Notes under the pieces: model-generated
The model's input: only the letters and a program-made list of their open reading frames with translations
Told to the model about the DNA's origin: nothing
Database searches by the model: none
Translations under genes and position numbers: made by a program
From: Verrucomicrobiota bacterium
GTDB taxonomy: Bacteria; Verrucomicrobiota; Verrucomicrobiia; Limisphaerales; UBA8199
Direction: 5' to 3'
NCBI GenBank assembly: GCA_049518415.1
Contig: JBEKRX010000010.1
Location: 14,964 to 78,963 of the forward strand
Length of the DNA: 64,000 bases
Shown here: piece after piece, positions 46,894 through 55,445 of the stretch
Position numbering within the stretch: position 1 is the stretch's first letter
How the letters are laid out: every line of letters begins with the position of its first letter

Positions 46894-48306
46894 CTTCCGG
46901 CACTCTCTCTCGGCTTGTCGGCCTCGGCCGCCATCCCACTGGCCGCCCGCTTGGAGCTGTTCGTGGACGATTTCCTAATCGAGCAACTGGACGGCGCCGC
47001 CTTGAAACTCCACGAGCCATCGCTCGCGGGCGTGGCCTTGCGTTTCGACCGGCCCTGGGAAGGGCCGTTCTCCGGCTACGTGACGGTGCTCAAGGACGGG
47101 CCCTTGTTCCGCATGTACTACCGGGGTCTGCCCAAAGCGGGGCGCGACGGCTCGGCGGACGAAGTCACCTGCTACGCTGAAAGCCACGACGGCCTCGCCT
47201 GGAGCAAGCCCGCTCTCCGCTTGTTCGAGGTCCAGGGCACGCGCGACAACAACGTAGTGCTCGCCGGGCAGCCGCCCTTCTCCCACAACTTCGCCCCGTT
47301 CCTCGACACCCAGCCCGGCCTGCCAGGCGAGCAACGCTATAAGGCGCTGGCGGGCACCTCGGAAAAGGGGTTGTTCGGCTTCGTCTCCGCAGACGGTCTG
47401 CACTGGCGCAAGCTGCGCGACGCGCCCCTGGTAACCAAGGGCGCTTTCGACTCGCAAAACGTCGCCTTTTGGTCAGACGCCGAGCAGTGCTATGCGCTCT
47501 ATCTGCGCACCTGGACGAGCGGCGAGTTCCGCGGGTTCCGCACCATTAGCCGCGCCACCTCGCCGGACTTCCTGCACTGGTCTGAGCCGCTGGCGATGAC
47601 CTTCGGCGACACGCCCCCGGAGCATCTCTACACCAGCCAGACCCATCCCTACTTCCGCGCCCCCCACCTCTACGTGGCGCTGCCGATGCGCTTCCTGCCG
47701 GGCCGCAAAGTGCTCACCGATGACCAGGCCCGGGCGCTGGGTGTGGACCCGGGCTACGCTGGCGACTGCGCGGAAGCCGTCTTCCTGACCAGCCGCGGCG
47801 GCACCCGTTTTACACGCACCTTTATGGAAGGCTTTATCCGCCCCGGCCTCGACCTCGGCAACTGGGCCTCGCGCGCCGGCCTGACCGCCCAAGGCGTAGT
47901 GCCGACCGGCCCAGCCGAGATGTCGCTTTTCAAGCAGGCGCACTATGCGCAACCCACCTGCCACCTGCTCCGCTACGCGCTCCGTACCGACGGCTTTGTG
48001 TCGGTGAATGCGCCCTATCGCGGCGGCGAATTCCGGACCCGGCCCTTCACCTTCACAGGCAAGGAACTGCTGCTCAACTTCTCGACCGGCGCCGCCGGCA
48101 GCCTCCGCGTCGAAATCCAGGACCCCGACGGCCGGCCCATCCCCGGCCACACGCTGGCCGATGCCACCGAGGTCATCGGCGATGAAATCGAGCGGGTGGT
48201 GTCTTGGAAATCGGGCGCTGACCTGAGCCAGCTCGCCGGGCAGCCGTTGAAGCTGCGCTTCGTCATGAAGGACGCCGATGTGTTTTCGCTGCGCTTCAGG
48301 GAATAA
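46777..48306 (+). CDS. Secreted hypothetical protein, beta-propeller/glycosidase-like (GH32/43/sialidase-type pattern)
   Basis: 509-aa ORF. The motifs are WEGPFSGYVTVLKDGPLFRMYYRG, CYAESHDGLAWSKP, GFVSADGLHWRK and SPDFLHWSEP (repeated D-G-x-x-W blade motifs). The first roughly 40 codons lie inside the dispersed repeat, so the start is uncertain. Confidence 0.6.
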   Translation: MNAKLTAPPRFAPGQEPVPARFHARARGFCAYFRLFPLILPALSLGLSASAAIPLAARLELFVDDFLIEQLDGAALKLHEPSLAGVALRFDRPWEGPFSGYVTVLKDGPLFRMYYRGLPKAGRDGSADEVTCYAESHDGLAWSKPALRLFEVQGTRDNNVVLAGQPPFSHNFAPFLDTQPGLPGEQRYKALAGTSEKGLFGFVSADGLHWRKLRDAPLVTKGAFDSQNVAFWSDAEQCYALYLRTWTSGEFRGFRTISRATSPDFLHWSEPLAMTFGDTPPEHLYTSQTHPYFRAPHLYVALPMRFLPGRKVLTDDQARALGVDPGYAGDCAEAVFLTSRGGTRFTRTFMEGFIRPGLDLGNWASRAGLTAQGVVPTGPAEMSLFKQAHYAQPTCHLLRYALRTDGFVSVNAPYRGGEFRTRPFTFTGKELLLNFSTGAAGSLRVEIQDPDGRPIPGHTLADATEVIGDEIERVVSWKSGADLSQLAGQPLKLRFVMKDADVFSLRFRE

Positions 48307-48547
48307 TGACCCTGGCAGTGGCTTGGCAGAACAGGAGCGAGCGCAGCGACAGGCACGGACAGACATGGACGGACACGGACGTCTCGCACTGGCCTGGCAG
48401 ATGCTGTACGCTGCTATCGTCCGAAATGCCGTAGAGAGATGGAGCTGCTCCGGGAAAATATTAACGCTTGCGCCCCAGGGCAAAGCGGGTACACTGCTTC
48501 AGGTTAGGCGGCGTTCGCGCACGCTGAATAAAAAACAGGCACTGGAT

Positions 48548-48814
48548 ATGTTAGCGGAAGTGGTCATTCCGTGGGTAACTGAGGTGTGCGACTTCCTGCA
48601 CGTTGACCTTCGGATTCTCACCCTGTTCTTCCTGGTGACACTTCCATTGCCGATTCTGTGGGCGTTGCGCTGGTTGTGGCGCACGTTGGCGCGGCTGCAC
48701 GCGATGGACAATCCTGAGTGCGAGGCCTACCGGGAAGAGGTTGAGCACGGGCGAATGGAGCGGTTCGGATGCATTCGCCATCCTCCGCCCAAGGCGCATG
48801 CACCAGGCCGCTGA
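48548..48814 (+). CDS. Small putative membrane protein
   Basis: 88 aa from the internal ATG 48548, with a hydrophobic helix ILTLFFLVTLPLPILWALRWLW. It lies in a locally AT-richer stretch. There is no homology cue. Confidence 0.3.
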   Translation: MLAEVVIPWVTEVCDFLHVDLRILTLFFLVTLPLPILWALRWLWRTLARLHAMDNPECEAYREEVEHGRMERFGCIRHPPPKAHAPGR

Positions 48815-49133
48815 GGGCGGTGGCTTTGAGGTTTGGAGGCGGCCGATGATGGCGACTCTCGCCAGAGAGCCGCTAGGGATTCGACAAGTGACTTAGACGC
48901 TGGCCGACACCCGGCGTGCGGAATCCAGCGCATGTGATACACCCGCCCCGGCTCTGCTTCGCATAAAATCTCACCCAAATGAGACGGAGAGTAGAATTAT
49001 GAACAGGGAGCGGAGAGTTTTTGCAAGCGCCATCCGAATGCCGCCCACTCGTTTCGACGCGGCGGACACCGGCAATCAACCCGTTTAGGAGCGCGCCGCC
49101 CAGCTTGCTTGCGAGCGGGACGGCGATCTGCCG

Positions 49134-49385
49134 GTGTGGGTCAGAACCCCCAAATGCGGACGTGAGTTTCATTCCGGCTGCTCACGCCCGAAGCCCTACG
49201 AGTGGGCGGCCAAGGGTTTTATTCGCTCCGTGTCCATTCGTGGACCCGGACGGATCAAGGGGGTCCGGCTTTTTTATCTCGCCGGCATCCTCGGGTTTAT
49301 TCAACGATGCGAGGCAGGGGCCTTCACGATAGGAAGACGTCGGCAGACACGCCAAAATGGCGCGCCAGAGTCCGGACATGATTGA
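49134..49385 (+). CDS. Excisionase/AlpA-like HTH small protein (paralogue of 45575-45826)
   Basis: ATG 49134. SGCSRPKPYEWAAKGFIRSVSIRGPGRIKGVRLFYLAGILGFIQ. It has the same length as copy A. Confidence 0.45.
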   Translation: MWVRTPKCGREFHSGCSRPKPYEWAAKGFIRSVSIRGPGRIKGVRLFYLAGILGFIQRCEAGAFTIGRRRQTRQNGAPESGHD

Positions 49386-49764
49386 GCGTCAGTTTACGTT
49401 CGCCGCGCAGGATCATCGCCCCCAGGTTGCGGCTGGTGTCCAGAATCCGCGACAAATCTGCCGCGCTCATTCCACGTTCTTCCAGCAAGTGTTTGAGCGC
49501 GTCCAAGCCGCTGATTTTTGGCCAGCGGACTTTCTTGCGCTTGTCGAATTCGTCCACAAATTCCGTGAGCACGTCGAGGTAATCCCGCTGCTCGGCGTTG
49601 AGGCGCGTGAACACGGCGAGGGCGTTCATCATGGCAGTGGCTTCGGCATCCTCCGCGTCGTCATGGATTGGACGCGGCAGGTAAAGCTGGCACAATTCAC
49701 GGTAGGTCTTGGGAATGTCCGCGTTGCTGGCGAAGCGCCGGGTTTTATGTGTCAGAGTCCTCAT
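49324..49764 (-). CDS. higA: HigA-family antitoxin (paralogue)
   Basis: ATG 49764 overlaps the higB stop (ATGA). The C-terminal HTH MSAADLSRILDTSRNLGAMILRGERKLTLNHVRTLARHFGVSADVFLS is almost identical to copy A, while the N-terminal half is diverged. Confidence 0.8.
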   Translation of the reverse strand: MRTLTHKTRRFASNADIPKTYRELCQLYLPRPIHDDAEDAEATAMMNALAVFTRLNAEQRDYLDVLTEFVDEFDKRKKVRWPKISGLDALKHLLEERGMSAADLSRILDTSRNLGAMILRGERKLTLNHVRTLARHFGVSADVFLS

Positions 49765-50069
49765 AATTCGTCTTTCCATCGGTCTTTGTCGTACTCCGCG
49801 TGCGTCAGGAAACGGAGCAGGAACACTTTGCCCGTGTTGTAGTGAATGGCACAGATGAGCCGGTAGGCGTTGCCGCAAATGTTGAACACCACGACCGGAT
49901 TGCCACTGGCCACACGCACCTGGTCTGCCGAACGGAAGCACCGGCGGAGATCGGCAAAATGCCGGAATTGCTCCAGCCGCATGATCCGCCGCCAGAATTC
50001 CAAACCCGTTGCGGCCTGCGGGTGTCGGGCGGCAAAAGCGGCCAGGGTGGTTTCCTTAATAATCCGCAC
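49761..50069 (-). CDS. higB: HigB-family toxin (paralogue)
   Basis: The start was re-picked at GTG 50069, which aligns with the copy-A GTG; the track start at 50075 adds 2 codons. FNICGNAYRLICAIHYNTGKVFLLRFLTHAEYDKDRWKD. Confidence 0.8.
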   Translation of the reverse strand: MRIIKETTLAAFAARHPQAATGLEFWRRIMRLEQFRHFADLRRCFRSADQVRVASGNPVVVFNICGNAYRLICAIHYNTGKVFLLRFLTHAEYDKDRWKDEL

Positions 50070-50071
50070 GC

Positions 50072-50104
50072 ACACAACTTGTGTTCATTCGCTGGATTTG
50101 TCAA
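50072..50104 (-). promoter_or_regulatory. Putative higBA promoter/operator, module B
   Basis: The palindrome acacaa-c-ttgtgt (50072-50084) lies 3 nt upstream of GTG 50069. A TTGACA hexamer sits on the coding strand (tgtcaa, 50099-50104). Confidence 0.4.
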
Positions 50105-50182
50105 ACACGAAAAAACACACCTGAACATGGGGGGGCGAATCTTGGCACTGCCCCCGAGCGCGGGCGGAGGCCCTCCCCCCTT

Positions 50183-50220
50183 CCCCCCTCCCATCCCGCC
50201 AAGGCGGGATGGGAGGGGGG
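50183..50220. repeat. Perfect 18-bp GC-rich hairpin
   Basis: cccccctcccatcccgcc (50183-50200), then aa, then ggcgggatgggagggggg (50203-50220). The arms are exact reverse complements. Confidence 0.7.
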
Positions 50221-50448
50221 TGATCCGTTCTTCCGCTTTACCCAGGGCCCCGGCGCGCCGGGGTCCGGCTCGGAGCGGGACGGTCCTTGCCCTGGGCTAC
50301 TGTCTTACCGCCCCTCCGGGGCGGAAGGATGCCGCGCTGCGCGCGGGTAGAGTGGAATTGGTGGCAGTGCCGAGATGCGCCCGTTGCCGGCAGCCGCCTC
50401 AAAATAGCTGGAGCGGCGTTGGGTCGCCGCGCTAAAGTGTTTCGGAAT

Positions 50449-51252
50449 ATGAAGACACCGATCCCTCGCACCGCGTCAATGAATCGCCGGGGCGCAAAAA
50501 GCAAACTCCTGTCAGCATCAGTTGGTCTGGTGACCGGTGGCACCAAGGGTATTGGGGCCGCCACGGCGATCGCCTTGGCGGCCGAGGGCGCCGATGTAGC
50601 CATCGTGGGACGGCGGCTGGACGCCGAGGCGAAAGAGACACGGCGGCGCATCGAGGCGCTTGGCCGCAGATGCTTGCTCATCCGCGCCGATGTCGGCGTC
50701 GGTCTCGAGGCCACGCGGTGCGTGGAGGAGACGGCCAGGGAGCTTGGCCCGGTGGATGTGCTGGTCCACTCAGCGGGCGGGCCGGTCAATGGCGGGCTGT
50801 TGGAGTTGACGCCCGAGGCTTGGCAGACCGCCTTTGACGTGCATGTGCACGCCATTTTCCACCTTTGCCGGGCGGCCATTCCGGCCATGAAACAAAAAAA
50901 GCGGGGCGTGATCATCCTGATCTCCTCGGCGGCCGGGATTCGCGGGGTCAAGACCAATGTGGCTTACCAGGCGGTCAAGGGCGCGTTGCCGCAACTGACC
51001 CGTGCCCTGGCTTACGAGTTTGCGAACGATAACATCCGCGTTAATTGCGTCGCCCCCGGCGTCATTCGCACGGCCTTTCACGCCACGATGCCGGCGCCGG
51101 TGAAACAAAACAACCTGGAGAACCGAATCCCGCTGCATCGCGAAGGCGCGCCCGGGCAGGTCGCCAGCCTGATCCGCGAACTGGTGACCAACGATTATAT
51201 CACCGGTGAAACCGTCTCGGTGGATGGCGGATTGACGATGCGGATTTGCTAA
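50449..51252 (+). CDS. SDR-family oxidoreductase (FabG/KduD-like)
   Basis: The start was re-picked at ATG 50449. The motifs are the cofactor motif TGGTKGIGAATA, NSAG-like HSAGG, the catalytic YQAVKGA (YxxxK), and PGVIRT. Confidence 0.85.
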   Translation: MKTPIPRTASMNRRGAKSKLLSASVGLVTGGTKGIGAATAIALAAEGADVAIVGRRLDAEAKETRRRIEALGRRCLLIRADVGVGLEATRCVEETARELGPVDVLVHSAGGPVNGGLLELTPEAWQTAFDVHVHAIFHLCRAAIPAMKQKKRGVIILISSAAGIRGVKTNVAYQAVKGALPQLTRALAYEFANDNIRVNCVAPGVIRTAFHATMPAPVKQNNLENRIPLHREGAPGQVASLIRELVTNDYITGETVSVDGGLTMRIC

Positions 51253-51308
51253 CCTGCGATGCTGGAGCCTGGCAGACTGCTCCGCGTCGTCCTTCCGTCG
51301 CTCGGGCT

Positions 51309-52559
51309 ATGGCTGAACCACAACTGAACGCTGAGACAGAGCCCTCTGGTTTGCGCTGGGTGATGGTTGGTCTAATCTTCCTGGCCACGGTCATCAATTA
51401 CCTTTGCCGCCAGGCCTATTCGGTCTCGGCCACGACCCTCCAACAGGTCTTTTCCCTCTCCAATGAAGACTATGGCCTGCTCACCTCCGGCTTTTTCTTC
51501 GCTTACGCCCTCGGCAACGGCGTGTCCGGGCCGATCATCGATCGGCTGGGCGCCAAGCGCGGTTACCTCCTCTGCATGTTCCTGTGGAGTTCGGCCGTGG
51601 GGCTGATCGGCGCGGCCCAAAATGTCTGGATGCTCGCCGGCTTCTTGATGCTGCTGGGGCTGGGCGAGGCCGGCAACTGGCCCGCCGCCGTCAAGGTCGT
51701 TAGTGAATGGTTCCCACCGCGGGAGCGTTCACTCGCCTCGGGGATTTTCAACAGCGGCGCCGGCATCGGGGCCCTGGTCGGCCCAACGGCCGTGGGTTTG
51801 CTGCTGATTCACCTTGGCTGGCGTCCGGCGTTCGTCATCGTCGGGCTGATTGGCTATGGGTGGCTGATCGGCTTTGGCCTGGTTTACCGCACCCCAGCCA
51901 CCGTCGCCGCCGAGGTGGCCGCGCGCCCGCCGCCCCCCTGGCGCTTGCTCAAAACCCGCTTCCTGTTGTTCTTTGCGCTGTCGAAACTGTTCATGGACCC
52001 GGTCTGGTATTTCTACGTCTTCTGGCTGCCCAAATTTCTGACCGAGGTGCACCATTTCAGTCTCAAACAGGTGGTCTGGCTGGCGCCGGTTCCCTTCATC
52101 ATTGCGGATATCGGGAATCTGGCGGGCGGGGGCTTCACGCAGTTCCTGATTTCGCGCGGCATTCCCATTCCGCACGCCCGCAAGACCGGCGCCGCCGTCT
52201 TCGGGTTGGTCATGGTTTCGGCCATTCCGGCCATCATCGTTCATGATCCTTACGTGTCGATTGCGTTGGTTTCCATCGCGATGTTCGGCTATACCGGCTA
52301 CTTGGCAAACACGCTGGCGTTTCCAGCGGAGGTGTTCCCGAAAAACGCGCTCGGCTCAATTTGGGGCTTGGCCAGCATGGGTTCCGGTTTGGGCGGCATG
52401 TTTTTCCAATGGCTCTCCGGCCGGATGGTGGACCGGTTCGGCTATTACCCGGTCTTTATTGGGTATGGCATCATGCCGTTGATCGCGGTGGCCATTATGT
52501 TGTTCCTTATCGGCCCGTTGCGCCCGAACCCGCGCTTCCAAAGTCTATCTGAAATATGA
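51309..52559 (+). CDS. MFS transporter (hexuronate/ExuT-like subgroup)
   Basis: The start was re-picked at ATG 51309. It has about 12 hydrophobic segments, the MFS loop motif GPIIDRLGAKRG, and WFPPRERSLASG, which is typical of the ACS/ExuT group. Confidence 0.8.
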   Translation: MAEPQLNAETEPSGLRWVMVGLIFLATVINYLCRQAYSVSATTLQQVFSLSNEDYGLLTSGFFFAYALGNGVSGPIIDRLGAKRGYLLCMFLWSSAVGLIGAAQNVWMLAGFLMLLGLGEAGNWPAAVKVVSEWFPPRERSLASGIFNSGAGIGALVGPTAVGLLLIHLGWRPAFVIVGLIGYGWLIGFGLVYRTPATVAAEVAARPPPPWRLLKTRFLLFFALSKLFMDPVWYFYVFWLPKFLTEVHHFSLKQVVWLAPVPFIIADIGNLAGGGFTQFLISRGIPIPHARKTGAAVFGLVMVSAIPAIIVHDPYVSIALVSIAMFGYTGYLANTLAFPAEVFPKNALGSIWGLASMGSGLGGMFFQWLSGRMVDRFGYYPVFIGYGIMPLIAVAIMLFLIGPLRPNPRFQSLSEI

Positions 52560-54709
52560 AAACACCGATTCCTGGGCGGATCCGTCGCGCCTGTCTTCAA
52601 ATCTGCCTTTTCGGCGCGGCGCTCCCGGCAACCTTCGCCGCCGATCTGAACTGGATTCAAACGGCGCGGGTGTTCTTGATCGACGCTTATCAGCCGCCTT
52701 TTGCGCCGAAACTCGAGTACGACGCCGAGGCGCTGGCGCGGACGATGGTCGAGCTGCATGCCAACACGGTGCGCATTTCAACCATGGGAAAGTACTCGAC
52801 GATACAAGGAGTCCGGTTCTCCACTCATCCCGAGCTTGGCGCTCGGGATGTGCTGGCGGAGACGATCGCCGCCTGCAAATCGCGCGGCATCCGCACCGTT
52901 GCCTACATATCGACCGGACATAAACTGGCGTGGTCGATGGTGACCAAGGATTATCCGGAATACGCACAGCGGGTGCGTCCCGGCGGCGGACCCAACCGCG
53001 ACCACATGTATGTCGGCGAGGATCACGGGACGGTGTGCTGGAACACTCCCTATCGGAAGGCCTACCTGGACCTCGTGGAGCATGTGGTGCGGGACTATGC
53101 GGTGGATGGCCTCTATTTCGACACTTGGCGCCCGTTCTACTTCTGGCCGGGACTGAAGGTCTGCTATTGCGATGGATGCCGGAACGGTTTTCAGCGGGCC
53201 TCGGGCAAGGCTATCCCCTGGCATGAGCGGGAGGGGGATTACACCAAGCAAGACCACGAGGTCATCGCGGAGTATCACCAATGGTACCAGGAACAACTGA
53301 TGAGCGTCCTCCAGGAGGTTCGGCGGATGGTAAAGGCCCACAAAGACATTCCGCTGATTTATAACCTGAACAGTGCTGACAATATGGCGAATGAGGACCC
53401 GCGCATTCTCAGGGCGATGGACGCCTTTCTGTACGAGCGCGGCCACTCGCTGCTGGAGCGCGCCGAAGGCGTCAGCCTGGCCCGCGCGGCGGGATTGGGC
53501 GTCTGGCCCTACGTGGGGGTTTATAACAACTGGCCTCGAGTCATCCCCAATGGGCTCGACTATCAACAGGAGATCTTCACCACCGCGGCCTTTGGCGGGG
53601 CTCCCATTATTGCCCAACCGTACGCTTACGTGACGCAGGCGGAAAACCGGCGCTGGGTCAGCCTCCCGTTCTCCGTCCTGAAAGACCATGAGCGGGAACT
53701 CGAGGGGGCTGAGAATGTGCCCTATGTTGCCGTTGTGCAAGCGACTCGAAACCCGCCCGGGCATGCGCAAACCGGGTGGTTTTGGAAGGCGGATGTCCGG
53801 TCATCCACGCTCGGCGCATTCGCCGCCTGTCTCTACGGTCATGTTCAAGTCTCCTCCGTTCCCCAGGCGGTGCTGGATGAGCCCGAGAGGTTGGCCCGCT
53901 ATCGGGTTCTTTATCTGGCGGATATCCCCCAGCTCACGTCCCGCCGCCGGGAGAACCTCGAACGGTTTGTCGAGCACGGCGGCGGACTGCTGGCTTGCTA
54001 TGGGACGTCGCTCTACGGCGCGGCGGGCGAGCGTCTGGAACGATTTGAACTTGAACCTTTGTTGCGGGTTCGTCCAGCGCATCCCCAGGGGGAGCTGGAG
54101 GAAACCCTGAACAGCTACCGGTGCATGACTGGCGGACCCAACGACCTGTATCTCACCCCGCACGCCACCCTCGATGGGCCGCTGGTCCCCCTCGGGTACT
54201 TCGAACCGGTCGAACTGTTGGACGGCGGGTCCACGATGATGGATATCGTCACTGGCGATGGACGCCGTCCGATTCTGCCGGGTGTCGTCACCTCCACCCA
54301 CGGCCAAGGCCGCGTGGTTTACCTGGCGTCGTCCCTGGAGAGTCTCTACAGTTCGACCAAGGAGTCGGTGCTGGGCAGTTGTCTGCGAAACCTGGTCGAA
54401 TATGCCGCCGCCACGCCGCCGCCTTATCAGGTCACTGCACCGAGCTCGCTGATTGCCAACTTGACCCGGAATGGAAACCGCCGCGTGCTCCACTTGTTGA
54501 ACTGGACCACGGAGCCGGACAACGAGAGCGGATACTTGCCTCCCGTCGAGAATGTTTGCGTGCGTTTGAGGATACCCGGGGGCAGGCAGGTGCGCCGGCT
54601 CGCGGGTTTCCCCGAGACGTCGTTCCGACACAAGCAGTCCGGGCAAGAACTGGAATTGCGTTTCCCTCGGATCGATGCTTACGAGGGGATCACTTTTGAA
54701 TTGCAGTGA
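52556..54709 (+). CDS. Secreted hypothetical protein, GH42-like barrel + GATase1-like C-terminal domain (putative glycoside hydrolase)
   Basis: ATG 52556 overlaps the MFS stop (ATGA). It has a signal-like N-terminus, then FLIDAYQPPFAPKLEYDAEALARTMVELHANTVRI and VDGLYFDTWRPFYFW, and a C-terminal RYRVLYLADIPQLTSRRRENLERFVEHGGGLLACYG. Confidence 0.55.
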   Translation: MKTPIPGRIRRACLQICLFGAALPATFAADLNWIQTARVFLIDAYQPPFAPKLEYDAEALARTMVELHANTVRISTMGKYSTIQGVRFSTHPELGARDVLAETIAACKSRGIRTVAYISTGHKLAWSMVTKDYPEYAQRVRPGGGPNRDHMYVGEDHGTVCWNTPYRKAYLDLVEHVVRDYAVDGLYFDTWRPFYFWPGLKVCYCDGCRNGFQRASGKAIPWHEREGDYTKQDHEVIAEYHQWYQEQLMSVLQEVRRMVKAHKDIPLIYNLNSADNMANEDPRILRAMDAFLYERGHSLLERAEGVSLARAAGLGVWPYVGVYNNWPRVIPNGLDYQQEIFTTAAFGGAPIIAQPYAYVTQAENRRWVSLPFSVLKDHERELEGAENVPYVAVVQATRNPPGHAQTGWFWKADVRSSTLGAFAACLYGHVQVSSVPQAVLDEPERLARYRVLYLADIPQLTSRRRENLERFVEHGGGLLACYGTSLYGAAGERLERFELEPLLRVRPAHPQGELEETLNSYRCMTGGPNDLYLTPHATLDGPLVPLGYFEPVELLDGGSTMMDIVTGDGRRPILPGVVTSTHGQGRVVYLASSLESLYSSTKESVLGSCLRNLVEYAAATPPPYQVTAPSSLIANLTRNGNRRVLHLLNWTTEPDNESGYLPPVENVCVRLRIPGGRQVRRLAGFPETSFRHKQSGQELELRFPRIDAYEGITFELQ

Positions 54710-54830
54710 GGCCGACCACCGCCTCTTGAGGGACTCATATGAGATTCCGAAGACACCTTCCCCCTCGTAGCCTCAAGCGGTCCCGTCTCTTGAGGGGGCG
54801 GTTTGGGCCATTGCTCTCATTGAACATCGC

Positions 54831-55106
54831 GTGCGCCCTCACGGCCGCGAGAACAGCGACAAATACGTGTACGCCCTTTCCAACAACGGTTTCTGGGACA
54901 ACGGTGATAACCTGATCCTCGGCTGCGTAGCCAGGGAAAAAATCCGAAATCTCAAGAGCGCAGACTGGGAGTATTACGCCGGCGGAGACGGCCTCGAATC
55001 GCAGAACTGGATCCAGGACATGAACCGGGCCAAACTCGTTTTGGATAGCCCCTGTACGGTGCAGAAATTCATCCGCCCCCATGACGAATCGCAGAATGCG
55101 TTTTGA
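54831..55106 (+). pseudogene. C-terminal fragment of a secreted beta-propeller/DUF4185-like protein
   Basis: KYVYALSNNGFWDNGDNLILGCVAREKIRNLKSADWEYYAGGDGLESQNWIQDMNRAKLVLDS looks like an internal or C-terminal piece of a larger protein. There is no plausible N-terminal part upstream, and the region is AT-richer. Confidence 0.35.
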
Positions 55107-55175
55107 GTTCGCGCGGCTCGCCGGCGCCGGTATGCTGTCGCCGATGAACCCAGCTCCCAGAATCCGGCCCACCCG

Positions 55176-55439
55176 TTGATGGCCAAGGTTCAGCAGCTTT
55201 TCAGCCGCGACCTGGCCCTGGCAAACGATTACCTGCGCCAGGAGAACCAGATTCTGCGCGGCAAGTTGGGCAGCCGGGCGCCCCTGACCGAGGCAGACCG
55301 GCGCATTCTCGTCCAGTACGGCCTGCGGATTAAGGAGCGCCTCGCGGCTCGGGCGTTTTTTTCTTTGCAAGCAGGCGTCGCTCGCGTACAAAGCACGCGC
55401 GCAAACAAATCACGGCGCCTGAGTTGCAGTGTCGGATAA
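55176..55439 (+). pseudogene. N-terminal fragment of a transposase (integrase-core/DDE type), truncated
   Basis: LALANDYLRQENQILRGKLGSRAPLTEADRRILVQYGLRIKERL matches the leucine-zipper/HTH leader typical of IS3/IS481-like transposases (L-R-x-E-N-x-x-L-R...L-T-x-x-D-R). No catalytic domain follows. Confidence 0.4.
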
Positions 55440-55445
55440 CGCGTT

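Larger units (their letters stand above)
48899..50131. repeat. Direct-repeat module B (excisionase-like HTH gene + higBA + operator region)
   Basis: See module A. It has the same gene order, orientation and ORF lengths for the HTH protein (83 aa) and HigB (102 aa). Confidence 0.8.

Noticed and set aside
50444-50470. Shared start context aatatgaaRacaccgatYcc (MKTPIP...) at the SDR gene (50449) and the hydrolase-like gene (52556).
   Set aside because: Only about 20 nt are shared. MKT... starts are common for secreted and other proteins here (also at 15990 and 40580), so the resemblance is probably chance.
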